A DNA stretch of 64,000 bases from Alphaproteobacteria bacterium (lineage in GTDB: Bacteria > Pseudomonadota > Alphaproteobacteria > SP197): positions 2,592,001-2,656,000 of the forward strand of contig OZ245842.1 of assembly GCA_965228895.1 (NCBI GenBank). Direction: 5' to 3'. How positions within the stretch are numbered: the stretch's first letter is position 1; each line of letters begins with the position of its first letter. Made by a program: the position numbers and the translations under genes. Under the pieces are notes generated by a model, which was given only the letters and a program-made list of their open reading frames with translations, did no database searches and had not been told where the DNA came from. Shown piece by piece: positions 50,671 through 60,980 of this stretch.

Positions 50671-51177
50671 CTAGCGGCAGATGCCGACGGACCCTTCGGC
50701 GCAGATCGTCTCGCCATCGGTCCATGTCGCGCCGGACAGATTGGCGCCGGTGAAGTCGGCGCTTCTGAGGTTGGCGCCGGTGAAATCGACACCGGTCAGA
50801 TTGGCGAAAAGATACTTGCTGTTGCGCGCGCTGACGCCACGAAACGACGCGCCGGTCAGGTCGGCACGGTCGAACCGGGCATCGGTCAGGCTGGCATTGT
50901 CGAAAACCGCACCAACCAGAATGGTCTCGACGAAACGGGCGCGATAGCCGTCGATCTCGGAGAAGTTGGACTCCGTAAGAACGGAGTTGCTGAGGCTGGC
51001 GCCGCGCAGGCTCGCTCCGGTGACGTCGATGCCGGGAAAATCGGAGCGGCTGAGATCGCAATTGCGCCAGTTCACGCCCGGTCGTGGCAGGTCGGTGCAA
51101 TCGGCCATCGCCGGAGCTGCAAAAAACAACGGCAGCAGGCCGAAGCCGACACCCATTAAGCAGAAAAGTCTAAACAT
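50671..51177 (-). CDS. Secreted pentapeptide-repeat protein
   Basis: A(N/D)LTG / ADFTG repeats; signal peptide. Confidence 0.88.
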   Translation of the reverse strand: MFRLFCLMGVGFGLLPLFFAAPAMADCTDLPRPGVNWRNCDLSRSDFPGIDVTGASLRGASLSNSVLTESNFSEIDGYRARFVETILVGAVFDNASLTDARFDRADLTGASFRGVSARNSKYLFANLTGVDFTGANLRSADFTGANLSGATWTDGETICAEGSVGICR

Positions 51178-51267
51178 GGCGGGCATTAGGGCATTGCCCG
51201 CCCGTGAACACAAGATAGCTGAACACAAGACGGCGCTCTCATTTCCCCGAACCTCTCTCGAATTGCG

Positions 51268-51825
51268 TCAAGGCAACAGGCAAGCACGGCATGGGCCGGC
51301 GCCAAGCCGCACGCCGCGACGCCATGCCTGCGGGTCGACGAAGTCGCCTTGCCATAGGCCAAGTCCTTCCATCTCCGCGCGCGCTTCAGAAGCGTGCAGA
51401 GCATTGCTGAAGAAAGCACGGCCCAGCGCCATGCCCGAGCGCACCATCGCCGCGCCGATATCGCGTTCGCCGTCCAAACATGTCGCGAGCGTGCGTCCTC
51501 TCTCGTCGGTGCCACAGGCCAGGCATTCGAGGTTTTGACCGTCGACCAAGCTTGCCAGGGTCGACTTTGCTTCACGGCCACAATCCCAGATCTCTTCGCC
51601 AATTCGGCAGGTTTGGATCAAGTCCGGCGCATCGACGGCGTGCAGACGGATAATGATCGTCGTGTCAGCCGATGTTGTCAGAGTCAACGTATTGCCGTCG
51701 ATCGCCTCGGCAACGCCCGTGATCCCCGGCGGCTGACACGCCTCGGTGATCGGATCGAAGAAGGCGCTGGCGCCACCCGGTAGAAGCGCGGCGAGCACAG
51801 TGATGGCAATCAGACGGCACACCAT
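51268..51825 (-). CDS. Thermonuclease (SNase)-family protein
   Basis: IDGNTL, IRLHAVDAP, GRTLATC, MVRSGMA, GLWQG. Confidence 0.85.
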   Translation of the reverse strand: MVCRLIAITVLAALLPGGASAFFDPITEACQPPGITGVAEAIDGNTLTLTTSADTTIIIRLHAVDAPDLIQTCRIGEEIWDCGREAKSTLASLVDGQNLECLACGTDERGRTLATCLDGERDIGAAMVRSGMALGRAFFSNALHASEARAEMEGLGLWQGDFVDPQAWRRGVRLGAGPCRACLLP

Positions 51826-51885
51826 TTGGCCACCATAGACGATGGGCCAAGCCATGCCGTTCACATCCTAGCGGGGTGGTGCGCG

Positions 51886-51963
51886 TGGGGTGGCTGATGG
51901 GATTCGAACCCACGGCCTCCTGGACCACAACCAGGCGCTCTAACCGACTGAGCTACAGCCACC
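51886..51963 (-). tRNA. tRNA-His (GUG) with encoded G-1 and C73
   Basis: GGTGGCTGTAGCTCAG...TTGTGGT...GGTTCGAATCCCATCAGCCACCCCA. Confidence 0.97.
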
Positions 51964-52055
51964 ATCCGAAACGCTTGCCTAACTGCCGCTTCTGTACGAT
52001 CAACCCCTATCCGGGTCAACCGCGATCTGGGGTTCTGAGGGGGATACGCGCGGCC

Positions 52056-53228
52056 ATGAAGACAGCGGCCAATCTCGACTTTCTTGGTTCCGAGACGGCG
52101 TTTGCCGTGCTCGCACGCGCGACCGAACTGTCTGCCCAGGGCCGCGATATCATCAATCTCGGCATCGGCCAGCCGGACTTCAAGACGCCGGACCACATTG
52201 TCGATGCCGCGATCAAAGCGCTCACCGACGGTCACCACGGCTATACCCCGGCACCCGGCATCCCTGCCTTGCGCGAAGCGGTCGCCGCCGACGTGCTGGC
52301 CCATCGCGGGGTCGAGGTGAGTCCCGAACAGGTCATGATCGTGCCGGGCGGCAAGATGACCATGTTCTTTGCCATCTTGATGTTCGGCGAACCGGGCACC
52401 GAGATCCTCTACCCCAATCCCGGTTTCCCGATCTATGAATCGATGATCCGCTACGCCGGCGCAAAACCGGTACCGATCGCCCTCCAAGAGGGCAAAGGAT
52501 TCTCGTTCGACGCCGATGAGGTGATCGCCAATCTGAACGAGCGGACCCGTCTGATCATCCTGAACAGCCCGGCCAACCCGACCGGCGGCGTGATCGACGA
52601 CGACACCCTCGAACACCTGGTCGAGGGCCTCGAAAACTGGCCCGACATCGCCGTTCTGTCTGACGAAATCTACAGCAGACTGCTTTATGACAACCGTGAA
52701 CATCGTTCACTTTTGAGCTTTTCCGCCATTCGCGACCGTGTCATCCTGCTGGACGGCTGGTCGAAGACCTACGCAATGACCGGCTGGCGTATTGGCTATG
52801 GGGTGTGGCCTGGGGCGCTGGTTCCCATGATCGACAAGCTGATCGTTAACGCGAATTCCTGCACCAACGCGGCGACCCAGTACGCTGCGCTGGCGGCCCT
52901 GACCGGTCCCCAGGACTGCGTCGAGACCATGCGCAGCGCCTTCGACGAGCGGCGTAAGCTTATCGTCGACTTGCTGAACGGCCTGCCGGGATTCAGATGC
53001 CAGACACCGCTTGGTGCCTTTTACGCCTTCCCCAATATTGAAGGCACCGGACGCACCGCGCGCGAGCTTGGCCACGACCTGCTCGAAGAATGCGGTGTGG
53101 CAACCATCCACGGCACCAGCTTCGGCGCCATGGGCGAGGGTTTCTTGAGGTTCTCGTACGCCGCCTCCAGCGATGACATTCGAACCGCCGTCGCGCGTAT
53201 CGCCGACTTCCTGGAGCACGCGCAGTGA
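52056..53228 (+). CDS. PLP-dependent class I aminotransferase
   Basis: GIGQPDF, NSPANPTGG, SDEIY, SKTYAMTGWRIG. Confidence 0.93.
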   Translation: MKTAANLDFLGSETAFAVLARATELSAQGRDIINLGIGQPDFKTPDHIVDAAIKALTDGHHGYTPAPGIPALREAVAADVLAHRGVEVSPEQVMIVPGGKMTMFFAILMFGEPGTEILYPNPGFPIYESMIRYAGAKPVPIALQEGKGFSFDADEVIANLNERTRLIILNSPANPTGGVIDDDTLEHLVEGLENWPDIAVLSDEIYSRLLYDNREHRSLLSFSAIRDRVILLDGWSKTYAMTGWRIGYGVWPGALVPMIDKLIVNANSCTNAATQYAALAALTGPQDCVETMRSAFDERRKLIVDLLNGLPGFRCQTPLGAFYAFPNIEGTGRTARELGHDLLEECGVATIHGTSFGAMGEGFLRFSYAASSDDIRTAVARIADFLEHAQ

Positions 53229-53863
53229 GCTTGATGCCCGACCCCGCGGCCTTTGCCGTTTTCCTCACGGCGAGTGTCGTCATCTCGATCACGCCGGGCC
53301 CCGATCTCACCTACGTCTTCGCACGCGGCCTCGCCCACGGCCGGCGGGCCGGCATCGTCTCCGTCGCCGGCATCGTGTCAGGCTTGGTGGTTCACACCTT
53401 GCTGGTGGCGCTCGGCCTGGCCGCCCTGGTCGCGGAATCCGACACGGCGTTCGACATCATCCGCTATGCCGGCGCGGCCTACCTGTTGTGGATGGGCTAC
53501 AGGCTGATCCGCAGCCGCGCGGGTCTTGCCGAAAATGGTTCACCAGACACCAGCCGCTGGTCGACGATCTATTTACAAGGACTCTTAACAAACCTCCTTA
53601 ACCCCAAGATACTGCTGTTCTTCTTGGCATTTCTTCCCCAGTTCGCCGATCCGTCGCGCGGGTCGGTGGCGCTGCAGATCCTGATCCTGGGCGGCATCCT
53701 GATCGCCTGTGGTCTGGTGGCGCTCATGAGCACGGCTTTCGCCAGCGGGTCGCTGCGTCGACTGCTGGCCCGCCATCCCCTGTGGCTTAGGATTCAGAAC
53801 ATCGTGACGGGTTCGTTGATGATCGCGCTGGCCGCCCACCTGCTCGCCTTCGGGCGGCGCTGA
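53225..53863 (+). CDS. LysE-family translocator
   Basis: ITPGPD, TNLLNPK. Confidence 0.9.
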   Translation: MSLMPDPAAFAVFLTASVVISITPGPDLTYVFARGLAHGRRAGIVSVAGIVSGLVVHTLLVALGLAALVAESDTAFDIIRYAGAAYLLWMGYRLIRSRAGLAENGSPDTSRWSTIYLQGLLTNLLNPKILLFFLAFLPQFADPSRGSVALQILILGGILIACGLVALMSTAFASGSLRRLLARHPLWLRIQNIVTGSLMIALAAHLLAFGRR

Positions 53864-53989
53864 CGCGATGGTCATCCACCGCTTGATCTGTGACGTCACA
53901 CACAATTGCGCGGCCACCCCCTGTAATCCGCCATGTTCTGGCCCACATGTTGCGACGTGTGAGGGACGTTTTACCCAGGATGGGACCAG

Positions 53990-55753
53990 ATGACCCGGTT
54001 TTCTGCGTTTTTTGCTGTTCTAACCCTCGCGCTCTTTCCCGCCATAGCTGTAGCCGCTCCCGACAAGGGTGAGGTCACGAACCGCCTGTTGGCGGCGCTT
54101 TACGGCGATTCCGGGGCCGTCGAGACCGACCTCACCGGTGATTTGCGCACGCTTTATGCGCGTACCGGTTACCGGCCGATCTGGTGGCAGGAGGGCGGCT
54201 GGTCGCGCCAGGCGCGCGATGCCATCGCGGCACTCGACGTGTCGAATTGGCACGGAATCAACAACGCACGGTACGGCGCTGACACCCTCGGCCAGCTGAT
54301 GGCCCTGCCGACGGAAAGTCTTTCGGTTGAGGGGGTTACCTATATCGATCTAGCCCTCTCCTCGGCCATGCTGGCCTATGTCGGCGATCAGGCATCCGGC
54401 CGCGCCGACCCCAGCGCGACCAACTGGTATGCGCGCACCGATGCCGCGATCGACCCGGTCGACCTGCTGGTCGAAGGTTTGGGCACACGTGAATTCGCGG
54501 CGTGGCTCGACGATGCGGCGCCGCTCCACGGCAGCTATGGCGCCTTGGTGGTCGAGCTTTCTCAGCTCAACTATCTGACTCCCCTGCCCTGGACCGACCT
54601 GGAGCGCCAGGGCCTGATCCGGGCCGGCGAGACCGATGCCCGCATTCCCGAGATCCGCGACCGGTTGATCACCCTGGGTGACTATCGGGTGACCCGCGGC
54701 ATCAACCCGGTCGACCAACGCTTCGATGCGTCAAGCCAGGTCTATGACGACGCGCTCGTCGCCGCGGTCGAGCAGTTCCAACACCGCCACGGGCTGGAAG
54801 ATGACGGTGTCATCGGGCCCAAGACAATGGCGGCGCTTAACATGTCGCCGGCCGAACGCATGCAGACGATCGCCGTCAACTTGGAACGGCTGCGCTGGCT
54901 GCCCGATCCCTCGCGCTTCGCCGGACGGCATATCGTCGTCAACGTCGCGGGTTATCATCTCACCGCCTATCTGGACGGCGCCGTCGCGCTGACCATGCCG
55001 GTGATCGTCGGCCAGCCGCGTCATAAGACACCGCTGCTGGCGGATCAGATCGTCAACGTGAAGTTCGCGCCGACATGGACTGTGCCCGAACGCATCGCCC
55101 GTCGTGAGTTGCTGCCCAAGATCCAGGAAGATCCGACTTACCTGTCCAGCAACAACTTCCGTGTGTTCGCCGACTGGTCGGCCACTGTCGAAGTCGATCC
55201 CGCCAGCATCGATTGGACGAGCTATACGACCAGCTATTTGCCCTTCATGCTGCGCCAAGATCCCGGCCCCTCGAACGCGCTTGGCCAGATCCGCTTCTCG
55301 TTGTCGAACGATCTGGACATCTACCTGCACGATACCGGCTCGCGCCACCTGTTCACCGAAGCCGAGCGCAGCTTGAGCCAAGGTTGTGTGCGCGTCGGCG
55401 CGCCTGTCGAATTGGCCGACTTCCTGCTCGACGGTCTGGACAAGACGTGGACCCGAGACGAGATCCTGAACGCCATGGACGCGCCGCGGCCGCACTACCA
55501 GCGTCTGGCCGAGCCCGTCCCCGTTGACCTCGTTTACGTCACGGCCTGGGTCGATGACGACGGTAGCGTTCACTATCGCAAGGATATCTACGGCTACGAC
55601 CAGACCCTAGCCGAACAGCTCACGGCAGTGGACAACAACGGTAACGCCACCCTGGTGTCGCTGATGAAAACGCTCGACGGGCTCGATATCGAGCATTTTG
55701 ACGCGCCCGATTCGCCGACCGTCACAGCGGCCCTGTCTGAAGCTGCTAACTGA
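53990..55753 (+). CDS. L,D-transpeptidase (YcbB/LdtD-like)
   Basis: PG-binding domain (FQHRHGLEDDG), NLERLRWL, IYLHDT, SQGCVRV. Confidence 0.9.
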   Translation: MTRFSAFFAVLTLALFPAIAVAAPDKGEVTNRLLAALYGDSGAVETDLTGDLRTLYARTGYRPIWWQEGGWSRQARDAIAALDVSNWHGINNARYGADTLGQLMALPTESLSVEGVTYIDLALSSAMLAYVGDQASGRADPSATNWYARTDAAIDPVDLLVEGLGTREFAAWLDDAAPLHGSYGALVVELSQLNYLTPLPWTDLERQGLIRAGETDARIPEIRDRLITLGDYRVTRGINPVDQRFDASSQVYDDALVAAVEQFQHRHGLEDDGVIGPKTMAALNMSPAERMQTIAVNLERLRWLPDPSRFAGRHIVVNVAGYHLTAYLDGAVALTMPVIVGQPRHKTPLLADQIVNVKFAPTWTVPERIARRELLPKIQEDPTYLSSNNFRVFADWSATVEVDPASIDWTSYTTSYLPFMLRQDPGPSNALGQIRFSLSNDLDIYLHDTGSRHLFTEAERSLSQGCVRVGAPVELADFLLDGLDKTWTRDEILNAMDAPRPHYQRLAEPVPVDLVYVTAWVDDDGSVHYRKDIYGYDQTLAEQLTAVDNNGNATLVSLMKTLDGLDIEHFDAPDSPTVTAALSEAAN

Positions 55754-56076
55754 CCGCAGAAAACTTCCTCAACCACTTGATTTAGAATAGTTTTTTGCCT
55801 CCACCGAAATGGTGGAGGAAAGCGTTTTTGCGGCTGCAACAGAACTGCAACGTTCGCCGCCACATTTCCGCCACACTACCACTTTCGAGTGATACCACTG
55901 GTTGGGGCAGCACTCTTGACCGACCTGTGAACTAGACACTTTTCTATTTTGTTTCAATAATTTAGAGGTTGCCGACCAACTCCCCGCATGGGTGACACGG
56001 GGCGTGTCCTTTACACCCTACTCCGGAAGTTGCTAGACCCTCTCCATAGAGGGAGTTCACAAAACGGGACACACCC

Positions 56077-56742
56077 ATGCAGGTTCGGAATGGCGGCCGT
56101 CGCCAGGGGCTTAGTCGGCGCCGCGCACTTCATTTGATCACCGGCGGTTTGGCCGCCACAGCAAGCTTTTCTGCGGTTGAGGCCGGCAAGGCGCTCGCGG
56201 TGCCACTGCCAGGCGTAAAACCGGATTTGGAGGCTGCTTCGGGCGTCCCGATTCCGGGCACCAAGCCCCAGTGGGCTGATCAGGGCCTTAGTCACGATGT
56301 CCGGACGATCTCGTTCGAACATCAGTGGACCGGCGAAAAGCTGAACGTGCCCTATTATGAGCGGGGACATGTCCTGATCGATGCACTTGCAGAGATCGAT
56401 CACATCTTGCGCGACAGCCGTAATGGCCAAACCCATCCGACAGACCCGGCCATGCTGGATATTCTGGTCGCGATGCGCCAGCGGCTGGGCACCGACGGGC
56501 CGTTCTATGTGGTCTGCGGCTACCGTTCGCCCGAAACCAACGAGATGTTGGCCGAACAAGGCGGCGGCGTTGCGAAGAACAGCTATCATATGGCCGGCAA
56601 AGCGATCGATGTTCGCATGCCGAACCGCGACACCGCGTCGATGCACGCGGTCGCCCTTGACCTGCAGGCCGGCGGCGTCGGGTATTATGGCCGCTCCGAT
56701 TTCCTGCACATCGATTCCGGGCCGGTTCGCAGCTGGACCTAA
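56077..56742 (+). CDS. YcbK/MepK-like (DUF882, M15) peptidase, Tat-exported
   Basis: SRRRAL signal; GYRSPETN, SYHMAGKAID, HIDSGPVRSW. Confidence 0.9.
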   Translation: MQVRNGGRRQGLSRRRALHLITGGLAATASFSAVEAGKALAVPLPGVKPDLEAASGVPIPGTKPQWADQGLSHDVRTISFEHQWTGEKLNVPYYERGHVLIDALAEIDHILRDSRNGQTHPTDPAMLDILVAMRQRLGTDGPFYVVCGYRSPETNEMLAEQGGGVAKNSYHMAGKAIDVRMPNRDTASMHAVALDLQAGGVGYYGRSDFLHIDSGPVRSWT

Positions 56743-56766
56743 ACGCCTAACCGCGTTTCATCGCGC

Positions 56767-57927
56767 CTAGCTCGAAAACCGGTTCGCCAACCGGTTTGAC
56801 GCTTCGTCCAAGATGTCGTCCTGCTTCGAGAAGCAAAAACGCGCGAGGTGTTGCACCTCGCCGGTGCGGTAAAACGCGCTGACCGGCACGGCGGTGACGC
56901 CGGATTCCAGCGTGATCATCCGACAGAACTCCTCGTCCGTGCCGTTGAAACCCAACGGCCTGAAGTCGGCGCTGACAAAATAGGTGCCGCCGGAAGGCAG
57001 CACATCGAAGCCGGCGCGGCTAAGGCCGGCCGAGAGACGGTCCCGTTTGGCCTGCATGTCACCGGCCAACCCACTGAAGTATCCGTCCTCCTTGGCAAGG
57101 CCATAGGCCACGGCCTTCTGCAGGTCCGGCGGTGTGGTGAAGGTCATGAACTGGTGGGTCTTCATGATCGGCGCCAGCAGGTCGGGCGCGCCGACAACCC
57201 AGCCGACCTTCCATCCAGTCAGCGAAAAGATCTTGCCTGCCGAACCGATGCGCAACGTGCGCTCGCGCATGCCCGGCAGGTTGATGAGCGGCAGGTGTTC
57301 GCCGCCATCAAACACCAGATGTTCATAAACCTCGTCACAGATCGCCACGATGTCGTGACGCACGCAGAGCTCGGCAATGATCGCCAGTTCGTCAGCGCTA
57401 AACACCTTCGAGGCGGGGTTCATCGGCGTGTTCAACAGGATCGCCTTGGTCTTCGGACCGAACGCCTGTTCCAGCGCCTCGATCGGCAGTTTCCAATCAG
57501 GCGGTTCCAGACGCACATAACGCGGCACCGCGCCGGCGCGCGCCACGATCGGCGGATAGGAGTCATAGAGCGGTTCGAGCAGGACGACCTCGTCGCCCGG
57601 GTTCAACAAACCAAAGAAACAGTCGGCCAGCGCTTCCGTCGCGCCGGACGTCACCAGCACTTCGCGTTGCCAATCGACGTCGAGGTCATAGAAACGCGCG
57701 GCATGGGCGGCGATCGCCTGGCGCAATTCGGGCAGACCGGCCATGGGCGGATACTGATTGGGGCCTGCCATCAAGGCATCGGCGGCCGCCCGGCGCACAT
57801 CTTCGGGACCGTCTTCATCGGGGAACCCCTGGCCCAGATTGATCGATCCGTGCTCGATTGCCAGTCGCGACATGACCTCGAACACGGTCGTGCCCAGACC
57901 GTCCATCACCTGATTGGCGGGTTTCAT
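56767..57927 (-). CDS. PLP-dependent aminotransferase (YbdL-like)
   Basis: INLGQGFPD, CDEVYEH, SAGKIFSLTGWKVG. Confidence 0.92.
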   Translation of the reverse strand: MKPANQVMDGLGTTVFEVMSRLAIEHGSINLGQGFPDEDGPEDVRRAAADALMAGPNQYPPMAGLPELRQAIAAHAARFYDLDVDWQREVLVTSGATEALADCFFGLLNPGDEVVLLEPLYDSYPPIVARAGAVPRYVRLEPPDWKLPIEALEQAFGPKTKAILLNTPMNPASKVFSADELAIIAELCVRHDIVAICDEVYEHLVFDGGEHLPLINLPGMRERTLRIGSAGKIFSLTGWKVGWVVGAPDLLAPIMKTHQFMTFTTPPDLQKAVAYGLAKEDGYFSGLAGDMQAKRDRLSAGLSRAGFDVLPSGGTYFVSADFRPLGFNGTDEEFCRMITLESGVTAVPVSAFYRTGEVQHLARFCFSKQDDILDEASNRLANRFSS

Positions 57928-57983
57928 GAAGACCTCCCGGAAACGCCGGGCGCACCTTGCCGCAGCACTGTGCCCGTCGCAAC

Positions 57984-58019
57984 TGACTGAAATTTAGGCA
58001 ATCGCCCAAAACAGCGGCA
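57984..58019. promoter_or_regulatory. Two candidate NtrC-binding sites
   Basis: TGACTGAAATTTAGGCA and CGCCCAAAACAGCGGCA (17-mers) ~75-110 bp upstream of the sigma54 promoter. Confidence 0.5.
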
Positions 58020-58094
58020 GCCACCTCTTACAGTTCAATTAAGAAAATCGGTGCAACTTATTGTTTTCTTTGGAAATTCGATTCTTCGCCTGAT

Positions 58095-58110
58095 TGGCAC
58101 GCGACATGCT
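58095..58110 (+). promoter_or_regulatory. Sigma54 (-24/-12) promoter of glnB-glnA
   Basis: TGGCAC-N5-ATGC. Confidence 0.75.
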
Positions 58111-58115
58111 CTTAG

Positions 58116-58496
<381 letters not shown>

Positions 58497-58543
58497 ACCA
58501 ACCCTCACCGTTTCAACCTTCTCGCATCTAAGGAGCAACAGCC

Positions 58544-59953
58544 GTGTCCGACGCCGAAAGCCTTCTCAAGCAGATCAAGGATGACGACATCCCCTTTGTC
58601 GATCTCCGCTTCACCGATCCGCGCGGCAAGTGGCAGCACCTGACCATTGCCAACCGCATGGTCAACGAAGATTTCTTCACCGACGGCATCATGTTCGACG
58701 GCTCCTCGATCGCCGGCTGGAAGGCGATCAACGAGTCCGACATGACGCTGATGCCGGACCCCTCGTCGGCGGTGATGGATCCGTTCGAGCCGCAGCCGAC
58801 CATGGTCGTCAACTGCGACATCATCGAGCCGTCGACGGGCCAGGCCTATAGCCGCGATCCCCGCTCCACCGCCAAACGCGCGGAAGCCTATCTGAGCTAT
58901 TCGGGTATCGGCGACACCGCTTACTTCGGACCGGAGCTGGAATTTTTCATCTTCGACAGCGTGCGTTTCTCGGTCGATGCCGACCACTGCTTCTACGATC
59001 TGGACTCCGACGAAGGCCCGTACAACACCGGCACCTTCTACGATGAAGGCAATCTGGCGCACCGGCCGCGCGACAAGGGCGGCTACTTTCCTGTCGCGCC
59101 AGTTGACCGCGGCAGCGAGATTCGCTCTGAAATGCTGACGACTATGGCTGCCATGGGCGTGCCGATCGACAAGCATCACCACGAAGTGGCGCCGGCCCAG
59201 CACGAGCTTGGCGTCACCTTCAACACGTTGCTGCAGTCGGCCGACGATGTGCAGAAGTACAAGTACGTCGTGCATCAGGTCGCCCATAGCTACGGCAAGA
59301 CCGCGACTTTCATGCCCAAGCCGGTCATGCACGACAACGGTTCGGGCATGCACACCCATCAGTCGATCTGGAAGGATGGCAAGCCGCTGTTCGCCGGTAC
59401 CGGTTATGCGGATCTCTCGGAGATGGCGCTGTTCTACATCGGCGGCATCATCAAGCACGCGAAAGCGCTGAACGCCTTCACCAACGCCTCGACCAACAGC
59501 TACAAGCGCCTGGTGCCGGGCTTCGAGGCGCCGGTCCTGTTGGCCTATAGCTCGCGCAACCGGTCGGCGTCATGCCGTATTCCGTTCGCGGCCTCGCCCA
59601 ACGGCAAGCGTGTGGAGATCCGCTTTCCCGACCCGACGGCCAATCCCTACCTCGCCTTCTCGGCGATGCTGATGGCCGGCATCGACGGTATTGAGAACAA
59701 GATCCATCCCGGCGACGCCATGGACAAGAACCTGTACGACCTGCCGCCGGAAGAGCTGCAGGACGTGCCGACGGTCTGCGGTTCTCTGCGCCAGGCGCTG
59801 GAAAGCCTGGAGGCCGACCGTGACTTCCTGAAGAAGGGCGATGTCTTCACCGACGACCTGATCGACGGCTACGCCGAGCTGAAGTGGGAAGAAGTCCTGA
59901 ACTTCGAAACGACGACCCACCCGATCGAGTTCGACATGTACTACAGCGTCTAA
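58544..59953 (+). CDS. glnA: Glutamine synthetase type I
   Basis: FDGSS, HHHEVA, TFMPKP, NLYDLP. Confidence 0.98.
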   Translation: MSDAESLLKQIKDDDIPFVDLRFTDPRGKWQHLTIANRMVNEDFFTDGIMFDGSSIAGWKAINESDMTLMPDPSSAVMDPFEPQPTMVVNCDIIEPSTGQAYSRDPRSTAKRAEAYLSYSGIGDTAYFGPELEFFIFDSVRFSVDADHCFYDLDSDEGPYNTGTFYDEGNLAHRPRDKGGYFPVAPVDRGSEIRSEMLTTMAAMGVPIDKHHHEVAPAQHELGVTFNTLLQSADDVQKYKYVVHQVAHSYGKTATFMPKPVMHDNGSGMHTHQSIWKDGKPLFAGTGYADLSEMALFYIGGIIKHAKALNAFTNASTNSYKRLVPGFEAPVLLAYSSRNRSASCRIPFAASPNGKRVEIRFPDPTANPYLAFSAMLMAGIDGIENKIHPGDAMDKNLYDLPPEELQDVPTVCGSLRQALESLEADRDFLKKGDVFTDDLIDGYAELKWEEVLNFETTTHPIEFDMYYSV

Positions 59954-59976
59954 GCTGATCCAGCATGACGTGCTCT

Positions 59977-60015
59977 AGGGGGCGCGGGCCACTTTGGTCC
60001 GTGCCCCTTTTTTTG
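59977..60015 (+). terminator. Intrinsic terminator after glnA
   Basis: GC hairpin followed by T8. Confidence 0.85.
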
Positions 60016-60084
60016 ATCATGTCCCGGCTTGCCCAGGGGTCGGCCTCGGCATAGCGTTGCGGGGTCAACAGCCGGGGGCACGCC

Positions 60085-60909
60085 ATGCGCAACAGCCTTA
60101 AGATTGATCGGGTCACGCCCGCGATCGGCGCGGAGGTCAACGGTGTCGACCTGACCCGGCCACTGGAACATGACGACAAGGCCGCAATCCTGGATGCCCT
60201 GCGTACTCATCTGGTCCTCTTCTTCCGTGACCAGCCGCTTGATCCCGATGCTTTGTCGGCGCTGGGTAACGGCTTCGGATCGCCGCACACCCACCCGGCC
60301 GAACCGGATCTGGATGGTTATCCCGGCATCATGGCGATCCATACGGACGCCAGTTCGACCACCTATGCCGGGCGCCTGTTCCATTCCGACGTCTCGTGCG
60401 ACAAGGAGCCGCCCATGGGCAGCATCCTGCATCTCTATGACGTGCCGGAAACCGGCGGCGACACGATCTTCGCCAGCATGATCGCCGCCTATGACGCGCT
60501 CTCCGACAGCATGAAACAGAGCCTGGAGGGTCTGACCGCGCGGCACGATTCCGCGCACAACTTCGATGGCTACTACGGCTACGACCTCGCGCAATCGCGC
60601 GACGGCGAACATCCGTCCAACGTTCACCCGGTGGTCGCGGTGGAGCCGGAGACCGGACGCAAGTCGCTCTTCGTCAACGAACTCTTCACCAAGCGGATCA
60701 TGGAACTGGAACCCGATGAGAGCGCGACGCTGCTCGATTTCCTGTTTCGGCATATCCGCCAGCCGCAGTTCCACTGCCGGTTCCGCTGGCGCCCCGACTC
60801 CATCGCCTTTTGGGATAACCGCGTGACCCAACACATGGCGCTGTGGGATTACTATCCGCATACACGGTCGGGGCGTCGCTTCACGATCGCGGAACTGCAG
60901 CCGAACTGA
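60085..60909 (+). CDS. TauD/TfdA-family dioxygenase
   Basis: HSDVS, GGDT, HPVV, FWDNRVTQH. Confidence 0.92.
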   Translation: MRNSLKIDRVTPAIGAEVNGVDLTRPLEHDDKAAILDALRTHLVLFFRDQPLDPDALSALGNGFGSPHTHPAEPDLDGYPGIMAIHTDASSTTYAGRLFHSDVSCDKEPPMGSILHLYDVPETGGDTIFASMIAAYDALSDSMKQSLEGLTARHDSAHNFDGYYGYDLAQSRDGEHPSNVHPVVAVEPETGRKSLFVNELFTKRIMELEPDESATLLDFLFRHIRQPQFHCRFRWRPDSIAFWDNRVTQHMALWDYYPHTRSGRRFTIAELQPN

Positions 60910-60980
60910 CCGCGCCACCAACCACCTGTCAATGACCCGCCGGACGGCGGGCGTCGAAACACGAGCGTAAACACCTCTTC

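Noticed and set aside
51886-51963. tRNA-His as a second island integration site
   Set aside because: No adjacent integrase and no duplicated tRNA 3' end seen.
51876-52055. N-terminal extension of the aminotransferase
   Set aside because: Overlaps tRNA-His; ATG 52056 has a plausible SD.
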